Source of the DNA: a candidate division WOR-3 bacterium
GTDB taxonomy: Bacteria > Hydrothermota > Tepidihabitantia > SM23-42 > CAYGYG01
Length of the DNA stretch: 56,319 bases
Assembly: GCA_965648915.1 (NCBI GenBank)
Contig: CBFGIV010000012.1
Coordinates: 1 to 56,319, forward strand
Direction of reading: 5' to 3'
Made by a program: the position numbers and the translations under genes. The notes under the pieces are model-generated. The model was not told the origin of the DNA, searched no databases, and saw nothing but the letters and a program-made list of their open reading frames with translations. Positions 29,990 to 39,048 of this stretch are shown here, piece after piece; the first letter of the stretch is position 1; each line of letters starts with the position of its first letter.

Positions 29990-30427
29990 ATGTTGAGCGA
30001 AATCCTTAAGGCCGAACGAATAAAATTTGACATTGATGGTTCAAGTAAAGAGGAGATTATAAATATCCTGCTTGAGGGTTATGACTTCAATAATAAATCT
30101 CTTCTCGTTGAAGAGATTCTAAGTCGCGAAGCAATTATGTCTACTGCCCCGGGTAAGGGTATCGCAATAATTCGTGGGTTCACCAGTGAGGTCGAAACCC
30201 CTTCTTTAACCATCGGTCTGTCGAAACGAGGGATAGATTTTGCCAGTCTGGATCATGCGCCAGTCCGGATTTTTTTTCTATTTATCTTTCCCAGGGATTT
30301 TAAAGATTATCCTTACTATATCGCAAGCGCCTTGAGTCTTTTAAATCAGGAAACGGTGCGCACAAGACTCCCTGACTTTATTTCCGCCCAGGAGTTGATA
30401 AAGTTTATAAGCCAAAAAGAAGTGTAA
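29990..30427 (+). CDS. PTS EIIA (fructose/Ntr type)-like domain protein lacking the phosphorylated His
   Basis: SKEEII, REAIMST, GIDFASLD.APV..FF. Confidence 0.75.
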   Translation: MLSEILKAERIKFDIDGSSKEEIINILLEGYDFNNKSLLVEEILSREAIMSTAPGKGIAIIRGFTSEVETPSLTIGLSKRGIDFASLDHAPVRIFFLFIFPRDFKDYPYYIASALSLLNQETVRTRLPDFISAQELIKFISQKEV

Positions 30428-30781
30428 ATGAACAAATCAGAAGGTGTTTACCGTATGCTTGTAATTTACTGGATAGTCTTTATATTGGTTTTAACCGCAA
30501 TCCCGGTTAAGGAGACACGGATAGTCAACCGATACCACTTTGATAAAATCGTCCATTTCAGTCTCTTTTTTATCCTCGGTATTTTTAGTCGGCAGGTAAT
30601 GAAACTTGGCCATTTTTTGGTTCTGGCAACTGCTACTGCAATTTGTTCTGAAGTCCAGCAGTTTTTTGTGCCGGGTCGCCAGGTTGAGTTGCTGGATCTA
30701 CTCGCAAATCTGGTCGGGGTGGGTTTTAGTTTGGTTTTTTTCTATCATATCTTCGCCACAAAAGAAAATTTAAAAAGTTGA
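30428..30781 (+). CDS. VanZ-family membrane protein
   Basis: DKIVHF, SEVQQFFVPGR, DLLANLVG. Confidence 0.85.
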   Translation: MNKSEGVYRMLVIYWIVFILVLTAIPVKETRIVNRYHFDKIVHFSLFFILGIFSRQVMKLGHFLVLATATAICSEVQQFFVPGRQVELLDLLANLVGVGFSLVFFYHIFATKENLKS

Positions 30782-30788
30782 GGGACAG

Positions 30789-32033
30789 ATGCGTTATCAA
30801 AGGATTAAAGGAACGAGAGATGTTCTCCCCAGCGAAATTGAGCGGGTAAATTTTGTAAAAGAAAAGGCAAGGCAGATTTTCTCGCTTTACGGTTATCGAG
30901 AGATCCGGACGCCAATTTTAGAACCGACTGAACTCTTTGTCCATTCGACCGGGACCACCTCTGATATCGTGGCAAAACAGATGTATACCTTTACCGATCT
31001 TGGCAAACGCAGTATTACTTTGCGGCCTGAGGGGACGCCGGGTGTTATTCGGGCAGTTATTGAAAATCAACTTTCTCTTCCGCAGAGGCTTTACTATATT
31101 GAGCCGATGTTTCGACAGGAACGACCCCAGAAGGGGAGATATCGTGAATTCAATCAGATCGGGATTGAGGCAGTTGGTATCGGGTCACCCCTGATTGATG
31201 CCGAAGTTATTAATATCGGTGTGGAATTACTCCGCTCAGTTCAGATTATAAATTTTGTCGTGGAGTTGAATTCTATCGGTTGTCCGATATGTCGGCCTGC
31301 TTTCAGGTCAGCACTGCTTAAGTTTATAAAACCGAAAGTGGTTAAATTCTGTCCGGACTGCCAGATGCGGGCTGATCGCAATCCCCTGAGAATATTCGAC
31401 TGCAAAAATGAGGTTTGTCAACAGTTGCTGAGCGATGCTCCAAGTCCGGTCGATTATCTCTGTAGCGAATGCCGATCACATTACGCAAATGTAAAAGACT
31501 ATCTCAAATTCTATAAGATTGAATTCGTTGAAAATCCTCGATTGGCCCGTGGTATCGATTATTACACCAGGACCGTATTTGAGATCAAGGATCGACATCT
31601 TGGTGCGCAGGATACTATTATTGGAGGGGGTCGGTATGATTACCTGGTCAAAGAACTGGGCGGGCCGGATGCACCGGCAATTGGTTTTGCTCTCGGTCTG
31701 GAACGTTTAGTTCAGTCGATGACTCAACCTGAAATAAAAAGCGGAAAAATGAAGACTTTTTTCATAATTCCGCTATCTGCTTCGTCCCTCCCTCTGGCTA
31801 TTAATCTTCAACAGACTATTGTCCGTAAGTGTTCCATCAGTCTGATTGGTGAACCGGAAAAGAGTCTTAAGAGATTATTAAAAGATGCGGACCGGGTCAA
31901 TGCTGATTATGCGATGATCATCGGTGATGATGAATTGAGAGGGGGCTATATTACAGTTCGGGATATGAAGCAGGGTTCTCAACAGAAGGTCATCCTCGAA
32001 GAGATCGATAGATTCCTTTCTGGTCTTCTTTGA
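30789..32033 (+). CDS. hisS: Histidine--tRNA ligase
   Basis: KGTRD, LRPEGT, FRQERPQKGRYREF, RGIDYY, GGGRYD, GFALGLERL. Confidence 0.98.
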   Translation: MRYQRIKGTRDVLPSEIERVNFVKEKARQIFSLYGYREIRTPILEPTELFVHSTGTTSDIVAKQMYTFTDLGKRSITLRPEGTPGVIRAVIENQLSLPQRLYYIEPMFRQERPQKGRYREFNQIGIEAVGIGSPLIDAEVINIGVELLRSVQIINFVVELNSIGCPICRPAFRSALLKFIKPKVVKFCPDCQMRADRNPLRIFDCKNEVCQQLLSDAPSPVDYLCSECRSHYANVKDYLKFYKIEFVENPRLARGIDYYTRTVFEIKDRHLGAQDTIIGGGRYDYLVKELGGPDAPAIGFALGLERLVQSMTQPEIKSGKMKTFFIIPLSASSLPLAINLQQTIVRKCSISLIGEPEKSLKRLLKDADRVNADYAMIIGDDELRGGYITVRDMKQGSQQKVILEEIDRFLSGLL

Positions 32034-32046
32034 TACGCTAAATTTA

Positions 32047-32074
32047 TTGACAAATCGCTTTTAAGGTGTAGAAT
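32047..32074 (+). promoter_or_regulatory. sigma70-type promoter (leaderless mRNA)
   Basis: TTGACA-N16-TAGAAT, 6 nt before ATG 32081. Confidence 0.8.
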
Positions 32075-32080
32075 TAAAAT

Positions 32081-33379
32081 ATGTTCTATCTGTTATTATT
32101 TTTGGCGGTTGGTGACTACAACCCTACTACACTGGTTGTTCCACCTGTTGGCCACTCCGGTGGGTTCTATCGGGCATCAAAATATTATCTTAATCTTTTT
32201 CTTGGACCCAGATTCAGTTATCGCGATCCTCAGGGAGTTGCTGCAGTTAAACTTAATGAACTTGATAATCCCAGAACAAAAAGGGATGATGATGAGTTGA
32301 CTCTTTTTGCAGTCAATTCGGGCAGTGGAGAGATTGTTTATAATGTCGGTTTTGAAGCGATAAGGGTTTTTAAGAGAGATTTTATAAATCCGAAAGGCAT
32401 TGCGGTGTTACCTTCCGGGCTGGTCTATCTCGCCGATTATGGTAATAATCGGGTTGTAAAAATGGAATACAAAAAAGGTGATCTGCGGATTGTAAATATG
32501 ATTACTGATGATCTGATCAATCCAGTGGGAGTGGCACTGGATTCTAAGGGGAACCTCTATGTATCCGACCATGGCCATTCACTGATCAAAGTCTTTGGCC
32601 CGGATGATCAGTTAAAAATGACAATTGGCCAAGAGAGGGCAGGGGCGGGTGAATTGTTTAAGCCGACTGCGATTGCGGTGATCGATGATGGTGATTCGTT
32701 CAATTTTTATCGTGATAACTTTATGGCGGTGATCGACCAGCAGGGCCGGCGGCTCCAGGCCTTTACCCTCAGTGGTAAATTTTTAAAATCCATTACTTCA
32801 CCAGAGCTTGGTCTGGCTGAAGCCAGTTTTACCTATCTGGCGATCGACCGCTTTGGTAATATATATGTTACTGATTCGGTTAACAATCAGGTGCATAAGT
32901 TCGATCATAATCTCCGTTACATCATCTCCTATGGACGGACCGGAGTGAATGAAGGGGAGTTTGTTTCACCGCGGGGGATATCGATCTGGAGAAGGTTCGG
33001 TCAGGTAATAATTTCCGAACGGGAGGGTGGCCAGTACCTATGGACTAATATCGATGTCTTCTTAATTGGCTGTTTTCCCGAGGAGTTTGTTCCGGGTGAA
33101 AAGGCGACGACGATCGCCCTTTATCTAACCGAACTGGGTGAGGTTAAGATTTATATCAATAAATTGAATGGCGAAAAGGTCTGTGACCTAATAACAGTGC
33201 ACCAGCAGCCACCTGGTGATTTTCTGGTTTTGTGGGATGGTCGAGACAATCGGGGACAGATTGTTCCACCTGGTTTATACGAGGTCCATATTGTTGTCCG
33301 TTCTCAATATCTGCGTGGTTTCAGTCAATATTTGACCAGGCATTTAACAACCAGGGTCAGATGTATCGAAGGATCATAA
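32081..33379 (+). CDS. NHL-repeat beta-propeller with FlgD-Ig C-terminal domain
   Basis: PKGIAV..SGLVYLADYGNNRV repeats; WDGRDNRGQIVPPGLY. Confidence 0.82.
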   Translation: MFYLLLFLAVGDYNPTTLVVPPVGHSGGFYRASKYYLNLFLGPRFSYRDPQGVAAVKLNELDNPRTKRDDDELTLFAVNSGSGEIVYNVGFEAIRVFKRDFINPKGIAVLPSGLVYLADYGNNRVVKMEYKKGDLRIVNMITDDLINPVGVALDSKGNLYVSDHGHSLIKVFGPDDQLKMTIGQERAGAGELFKPTAIAVIDDGDSFNFYRDNFMAVIDQQGRRLQAFTLSGKFLKSITSPELGLAEASFTYLAIDRFGNIYVTDSVNNQVHKFDHNLRYIISYGRTGVNEGEFVSPRGISIWRRFGQVIISEREGGQYLWTNIDVFLIGCFPEEFVPGEKATTIALYLTELGEVKIYINKLNGEKVCDLITVHQQPPGDFLVLWDGRDNRGQIVPPGLYEVHIVVRSQYLRGFSQYLTRHLTTRVRCIEGS

Positions 33380-34272
33380 TCACTGTCCTTTTTTTGGTGC
33401 TTTACCCCTCAGCCACCAGGTATGCTGGTGATTTTCAGGATCTCGGTGTCGGGGCACGGGCACTGGGTATGGGCAGTGCGGTAGTCGCTCAATTTGGTGA
33501 TCCTTTCATACTCTACTGGAATCCAGCCGGGACCGCAGGGGTTGCGAAGCGGACGATTAATTTTATGCATGCGGAGAATTTCGGCGGTGCGGTAAAGAAT
33601 GAATACTTAGGATTGGTCTGGCCCGATCAAGAAAATTCGTTAGGTGCAGGGTATTACTATCTTGGTGTCCCCTCCATTAAATTGACCCGACTGCCGGATA
33701 CACTCAAGGAGATCTCAGAAGAGAATCGGCCTATACCCTATGATACGGTGACCGCTTCGGATCACCTATTATTTTTCAACTACAGTCGAGGTCGAGGCAG
33801 ACTTTCCTTTGGTGCCAATCTTAAGGTCTATTACCGAAACCTATCTGTAGTTAAAGGTTTTGGGGGGGGCGCCGATGCAGGCGTTATCAGCCATTTACCC
33901 AATTTGAATGTAGCGCTGGTAATAAGGGATTTCATTTTAAGCCCCATTCTCTGGGATAATGGTCTGAGGGAACAGATTCTGCCCCGCTTCACATTAGGAG
34001 TCGCTCCCTGCTTTGAGATTAGAAGATGGCAGAGCAGTTTGAGGTTAGAATGGGATATTGTGAAGTATCTTGATAATGGTGATAAGTTTATTCAGAATTT
34101 AGGGCTGGAATTTGCCTATCATAGCAGTCTCTTTGCCCGTTTGGGACTCAACGATTTTAAACCGGCCCTCGGATTGGGTTTGGGCTGGAGGAGATTTAGT
34201 ATTGACTACGCTTTTGTTTATCATCCTGAATTGGGTGCTTCCAACAGAATCTCGGCTGGAGTCCTGTTTTGA
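33361..34272 (+). CDS. PorV/PorQ (UPF0164)-family outer-membrane beta-barrel protein
   Basis: LGVGARALGMGSA, YWNPAG, IDYAF..HPELG.SNRIS; terminal Phe. Confidence 0.8.
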   Translation: MYRRIIITVLFLVLYPSATRYAGDFQDLGVGARALGMGSAVVAQFGDPFILYWNPAGTAGVAKRTINFMHAENFGGAVKNEYLGLVWPDQENSLGAGYYYLGVPSIKLTRLPDTLKEISEENRPIPYDTVTASDHLLFFNYSRGRGRLSFGANLKVYYRNLSVVKGFGGGADAGVISHLPNLNVALVIRDFILSPILWDNGLREQILPRFTLGVAPCFEIRRWQSSLRLEWDIVKYLDNGDKFIQNLGLEFAYHSSLFARLGLNDFKPALGLGLGWRRFSIDYAFVYHPELGASNRISAGVLF

Positions 34273-34844
34273 TCAAAGCAGAAGTTTTTAGAAAACTCTT
34301 CAATCTTTTTGCTTTATTCATTCCGATTGTCTATTATTTTACGCCGGTTGGCATCGCTAAGTATATTATGTTGTTGATTACCCTGGTCATCCTGGTTGTC
34401 GATCTCAGCCGTCTTAAGATTAGTATCTTCAAGGATATCTTCGTTCTTTTTTTTGGCTCTTTTTTAAGAAAACACGAGATCTGGTCAATTACCGGTGCGA
34501 GTTACCTGGTTCTGGGTGCGTTTATCTCGGTTTTGCTATTTCCTAAGATGATTGCGATTGCTGCCCTTTCATTCGTCATTGTGGGCGATACTTTTGCTGC
34601 AATAATGGGCCAGACCTTTGGCAAAATAAAATTGTTTAAGAAATCACTGGTCGGGAGTGTGAGTTTTTTCATTGTATCGGTGATTATTGCCTATATTATT
34701 TCCCATTTACCTGATCCCTTGCCTTTCAAGGTAGGATTGATCGGGGCGTCGATATCGGCCGTGATCGAAGCCCTGCCGTTGAATATCGATGACAATTTTG
34801 CAGTGCCCATCATTGCCGGTGCGGTGATGAATTTCTTTTTTTAA
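34269..34844 (+). CDS. Dolichol/phytol kinase-like (CTP-dependent) membrane protein
   Basis: RKLF, GDTFAAIMG..FG, KKSLVGS, IDDNF.VP. Confidence 0.82.
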   Translation: MIKAEVFRKLFNLFALFIPIVYYFTPVGIAKYIMLLITLVILVVDLSRLKISIFKDIFVLFFGSFLRKHEIWSITGASYLVLGAFISVLLFPKMIAIAALSFVIVGDTFAAIMGQTFGKIKLFKKSLVGSVSFFIVSVIIAYIISHLPDPLPFKVGLIGASISAVIEALPLNIDDNFAVPIIAGAVMNFFF

Positions 34845-34862
34845 TAACCATCCCAAAAGAAC

Positions 34863-34890
34863 TGGAGCCGACGCTGGAATTTGGCCCTGC
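34863..34890 (-). pseudogene. Degenerate tRNA-Thr-like 3' half (T arm, acceptor strand, CCA)
   Basis: Minus strand GCAGG-GCCAAAT-TCCAGC-GTCGGC-TCCA. Confidence 0.4.
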
Positions 34891-34893
34891 TCA

Positions 34894-35316
34894 CTATTCG
34901 AGGGGGACTTCTGAAGTATATACTGCTTTTATTTTCTGGGTTCTGAGTTCAAAGACAAAATAAACCTGATAGCCAGCGATTTCGGGGTGGTTTTGAATGG
35001 GCGTAAAATAACGGAGAGCAAGGGATTTTTTTAAACTATCGGAAGAGGCAAATTTAAATTCAAACTGAGCATCAACCGGCAGCGAGAAATATTTACCGAC
35101 AATCTTTCTTAAGAGTTGGGGCTTGCTTTCGATAATCTGACGCCATCTTTGAACAAGTTTCTGGTATTCACCACCGGTTGGATCGGCATAGGTCCAATCC
35201 TGATAAAATTCTTTCCGAACCAGGGCAAAATTCTCTGCCTCAATCTCTCGGGTAAAATTATAGCCAGTGCAGTTAAGGATCAATAATGCGAAGAAGATCA
35301 GGGTGATGAATCTCAT
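34894..35316 (-). CDS. Hypothetical lipoprotein
   Basis: Hydrophobic signal ending ILNC; co-oriented downstream of the desulfurase gene. Confidence 0.65.
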   Translation of the reverse strand: MRFITLIFFALLILNCTGYNFTREIEAENFALVRKEFYQDWTYADPTGGEYQKLVQRWRQIIESKPQLLRKIVGKYFSLPVDAQFEFKFASSDSLKKSLALRYFTPIQNHPEIAGYQVYFVFELRTQKIKAVYTSEVPLE

Positions 35317-35335
35317 CTGAACTTTTTAAGATTTT

Positions 35336-36493
35336 TTATTGTGCAGCAATGGCGCGCACTGCTTCAATCGCAGTTTCGATATCTTTTCTGGTGTTAAATG
35401 GTCCGATGGCAAACCGCACTGTGCCCTCGGGTGCGGTCCCGAGTTGTTCATGAACCAGCGGAGCACAGTGGAGGCCGGCCCGATGGTAAATATGATATTT
35501 TTCGTCGAGCAATGCACCGGTATCCCTGGCTTTAAATCCTCTGATATTAAATGAGATAAGAGGCAGGTGATTCTTTGAAATCTCTGAACAGTAGAGGACA
35601 ACCCGGTCTATCTTCTGTAACTCATCAACCAGGAGTCGGGTGAGCTTCATTTCATAGCGGTGAATATTAGTCAGGCCTCTGCGGTTGAGGTAGTCCAGTG
35701 AGGCATAGAGTCCGGCGACACCCACCATATTGACTGTCCCACACTCAAGACAATAAGGGAAATCTTCGGGCTGGAATCTCTCCTGTGACCTGATTCCGGT
35801 GCCACCAAATCGGGTTGGTGAAATCTTGATTCCTTCCCGAACATATAATCCACCGATTCCCATTGGACCGAGTAAAGATTTATGGCCGGTAAAAGCCACA
35901 ATATCGATGTTCATCTTCTCGATATCGATTGGGATCGCCCCGGTAGTCTGGGCAGCATCGATGGCAAAGACAACACCTTTTTTTCTACAGATGGCACCAA
36001 TCTCCTTGATCGGCTGGATCGTTCCAATCACATTGGAGGCATGATTGACAATGACCAATCGGGTGTTACCCTTTATCTTCTTTTCGATATCTTCAGGAGC
36101 AACAAAACCGTTCTGGTCAAAAGGCACAAAGTCGACCTCAATCCCTTTATCCCGGGCAACATGGTTTAATGGCCGCAGCACAGAGTTGTGTTCGAGTTTT
36201 GTTGTTATTACATGGTCACCCATCTTAACCAGGCCGTTGATTACCATATTCAATGCATCGGTTGCATTGTAGGTAAAGACCAGACGATTAGAGTCAGTGC
36301 CATTAAACATCTTTGTCAATCGTTCTCTGGTTCTGTTAAGAATTTTTTCGGCTTCACGAAAGGCATAACCCCGGGAACGGCCAGGATTAACCCCGAATTT
36401 CTTATAGAAGGAGGTTATAAATTTATAGACCGCCTCAGGTTTTGGGAAAGTAGTCGATGCATTGTCTAAATAGATGAATTGTGATCTTTTCAT
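35336..36493 (-). CDS. Cysteine desulfurase-family PLP enzyme (aminotransferase class V)
   Basis: IYLDNASTT, EHNSV, DAAQ, TGHKSL (PLP Lys), RAGLHCAP. Confidence 0.92.
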   Translation of the reverse strand: MKRSQFIYLDNASTTFPKPEAVYKFITSFYKKFGVNPGRSRGYAFREAEKILNRTRERLTKMFNGTDSNRLVFTYNATDALNMVINGLVKMGDHVITTKLEHNSVLRPLNHVARDKGIEVDFVPFDQNGFVAPEDIEKKIKGNTRLVIVNHASNVIGTIQPIKEIGAICRKKGVVFAIDAAQTTGAIPIDIEKMNIDIVAFTGHKSLLGPMGIGGLYVREGIKISPTRFGGTGIRSQERFQPEDFPYCLECGTVNMVGVAGLYASLDYLNRRGLTNIHRYEMKLTRLLVDELQKIDRVVLYCSEISKNHLPLISFNIRGFKARDTGALLDEKYHIYHRAGLHCAPLVHEQLGTAPEGTVRFAIGPFNTRKDIETAIEAVRAIAAQ

Positions 36494-36506
36494 CGGTCGG
36501 TGATCT

Positions 36507-36534
36507 ATTTTATTCGATTTCCTTATATTGTCAA
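36507..36534 (-). promoter_or_regulatory. sigma70-type promoter
   Basis: Minus strand TTGACA-N16-TAAAAT. Confidence 0.75.
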
Positions 36535-36586
36535 GTTATAAATTGAATGGATTCTATTTTTAAAACCCTGAGGCAGATTAAAAAAC

Positions 36587-36614
36587 TTGACTTTTGCTAA
36601 ATTATATTTATAAT
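36587..36614 (+). promoter_or_regulatory. sigma70-type promoter
   Basis: TTGACT-N16-TATAAT. Confidence 0.75.
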
Positions 36615-36635
36615 TCAGTATACTGATCTTTGATG

Positions 36636-36865
36636 AATTCGGGTAAGGTGTCTCCCAGCAACTTTGTGCAAGAAATGCGTATTCACATAATAGGGAGTAT
36701 AGTTTGATGTTTTTCAGTAGTGTTTATTAAAGATTGATAAAAAAGTGCTGGGCTGGACAAAAAAGAAATTGGAGTTTATCGTGCAAGGGACACCGTGGAA
36801 TTAGAGAATGTGGTTTGAGAGATCTATGGCTCTTTCTTTCTTCCACACAAAATGGTTAAGAGCCA
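36636..36865 (+). ncRNA. Candidate structured leader / ncRNA of unknown class
   Basis: Nested long-range helices 36647-36654/36787-36794 and 36654-36665/36742-36752; further stem 36828-36834/36858-36864. Confidence 0.4.
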
Positions 36866-36897
36866 AATTTAAGTTATACAATAAAAAAGGAGTGGTT

Positions 36898-39048
36898 ATG
36901 CGGTTTATCCTTTTCTTCTTTATTAGCCTCAACATTATTACCCCTCTGTACGCCGATGTGGCCCAGAACTCCAGAGTCTATAATGCTACTATCAATGATG
37001 TTATGACTGCCTGCGAAGCCGCACTTTTCGAATTGGCGGGTAGTGAAATCTCTTTAGGGAAATCCGCAAACTGGTTATATGCTAATGGCATCCAGGCTCG
37101 ATCACCAGGTGAATTTGACTCATACATCTTAAGAACGGATTGGGACGAGAAATGGGATACAAGATGGGTTGATGCGAAGTACGATGTTGAGGTTTTTTTA
37201 AAAAGTCTCGATGCGAGTCTTACCGAAATAAAGGTTAGTTGCAAATTCCGCGGTTTTGGTATGCCTTTCAATCTCCTTACGCTACCCGCAATCTGGTATG
37301 AAAGGCCTTCAAGCGGTAGGCTGGAAGCAAAGTTCTTTAATCTCGTCCAGGAAAAGATCGATGAGATAGAAAAGTTCGGTAGAATTTTACCGCGACCTGA
37401 TAAGATCAGAAGGGTTCCCCAAAAACCACCGACTTTTCCTATAACTTACAGCCCACCCTGGACCCCGAATGAAAATCTGATTAAAACACCAGATACACCT
37501 GCTACCCATAACTGGCAGAACGAGGTTGGTATGGCGGTGGGCAAGAGAGGGAGTGGTCGGTTGGGTGCCTATGCATCGTGGAATGAATATCGTTATGAAG
37601 GAACAACCGCTCATACTCATTATGGTTTTGCCCGTTCGACCAATGGTGGTCTTTCGTGGTTGAATGATACAATTCTGGGCCATAATGCTGGTGGTTATCT
37701 CTGGCAGTTTGACCCATCAGTCTGTGTGGGTAACGGTGACACTGTCTATGCTGTTATGCAGAGTTACAATTCTTCTTCAGCAACGGCAATCTTTGTGCTC
37801 AGATCTACAGATATGGGACGAACCTGGTCAAATCCGGTTCAAGCCAGCGATCCCGGTACCTCTGAGGATAAACCCTGGTCAACTGCGGATGGTAGATATG
37901 TTTATGTAACCTGGACCCGTTTTTCAGGAACACCAACCCAGATTCGTTTTGCCCGTTCGACCGACGGCGGACAGACTTGGGGTAATTATACCAATCTCCA
38001 TACTACCGGTCAAACCGCCCAATGGAGTATACCGGCAGTAGGCCGAGGCGATACGGTATATGTATCCTGGTCATTAGACGACCGCAATACCTCGGGTTGG
38101 ACTGTTGGTTGGGATCCATATGTTAAGATCTCTACCGATCGCGGTGTAACCTGGGGGGCTGAATATCCGAGTCCGAGAGCCAATAATTACCGGGCCAGTG
38201 GCACCGGCGGTTCATTCCGATGGCGACACCTTCCTTATTCTGGATTTGCGGTATCGAAAAAGACCGGTCACCTTCATCGTGCCTATACGACTCGAGACTC
38301 TTCGACCGGTGTCTATCGTATAAGGTATACCCGCTCAACCGATGCCGGTCGCACCTGGTCAACCCCATTCCGGCTCAATTCAACTATGACCCCGGACACA
38401 TTCGAAGCCTTCTTCCCCTGGATAGCCGTCGATGATTCAGTTGGTCATATCCATGTTGTCTGGTATGATATGAGGGCTGGTCGTCCTGATTCAAGTCTTG
38501 ATGTCTATTATCGGCGCTCAACTGATGGTGGTACAACCTGGTTACCTGAATTGAGAGTTACCGATGTCTCTTTCTGGCCCGATACCCTACCCTCGGGTGG
38601 ATTTGCGGCAATTATCGGCGACTACATCAATGTCGCCACCTCGACCGATTTTGCAGTTGCAGGTTGGTGCGATTGTCGAAATGAGCGACAGGGCAGAAAA
38701 GAGGATGTTTATGTATCGCGTTACGGTTACCTGGTAGATATTAAAGAAGGTAAAAAGCAAGCGCTTGAAACAGATTTTATCTTGAGCCCCTGCCGACCTA
38801 ACCCGAGCCGGGGATTGGTTAAGATTCAATTCACAAATCCCGTGACAGCGGATCTTAGTCTCAAAGTATTCGATCTGTGCGGAAATGTCGTTCGGACATT
38901 AATCGAGGGCACTGTTAAAGAAGGCACCAATCGAGTTATGTGGGATGGCAGAGACGATAATAATGTTGAAGTGCCTCAGGGCGTATATTTTATCCGGCTT
39001 AAGACTGATAAAGCGACAAGGATCGACAAGATCACCATCGTGAAATAA
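36898..39048 (+). CDS. Secreted BNR/Asp-box protein with extra N-terminal domain and FlgD-Ig/T9SS-like C-terminal domain
   Basis: AAGGAG SD; signal peptide; six RSTxxGxTW-type boxes; PNP...WDGRDDNNVEVPQGVYFIRL. Confidence 0.82.
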   Translation: MRFILFFFISLNIITPLYADVAQNSRVYNATINDVMTACEAALFELAGSEISLGKSANWLYANGIQARSPGEFDSYILRTDWDEKWDTRWVDAKYDVEVFLKSLDASLTEIKVSCKFRGFGMPFNLLTLPAIWYERPSSGRLEAKFFNLVQEKIDEIEKFGRILPRPDKIRRVPQKPPTFPITYSPPWTPNENLIKTPDTPATHNWQNEVGMAVGKRGSGRLGAYASWNEYRYEGTTAHTHYGFARSTNGGLSWLNDTILGHNAGGYLWQFDPSVCVGNGDTVYAVMQSYNSSSATAIFVLRSTDMGRTWSNPVQASDPGTSEDKPWSTADGRYVYVTWTRFSGTPTQIRFARSTDGGQTWGNYTNLHTTGQTAQWSIPAVGRGDTVYVSWSLDDRNTSGWTVGWDPYVKISTDRGVTWGAEYPSPRANNYRASGTGGSFRWRHLPYSGFAVSKKTGHLHRAYTTRDSSTGVYRIRYTRSTDAGRTWSTPFRLNSTMTPDTFEAFFPWIAVDDSVGHIHVVWYDMRAGRPDSSLDVYYRRSTDGGTTWLPELRVTDVSFWPDTLPSGGFAAIIGDYINVATSTDFAVAGWCDCRNERQGRKEDVYVSRYGYLVDIKEGKKQALETDFILSPCRPNPSRGLVKIQFTNPVTADLSLKVFDLCGNVVRTLIEGTVKEGTNRVMWDGRDDNNVEVPQGVYFIRLKTDKATRIDKITIVK

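Noticed and set aside
36640..36800. Cobalamin or T-box riboswitch assignment for the long leader
   Set aside because: No B12 box or T-box GGTGGNACCGCG consensus; kept only as an unclassified structured RNA
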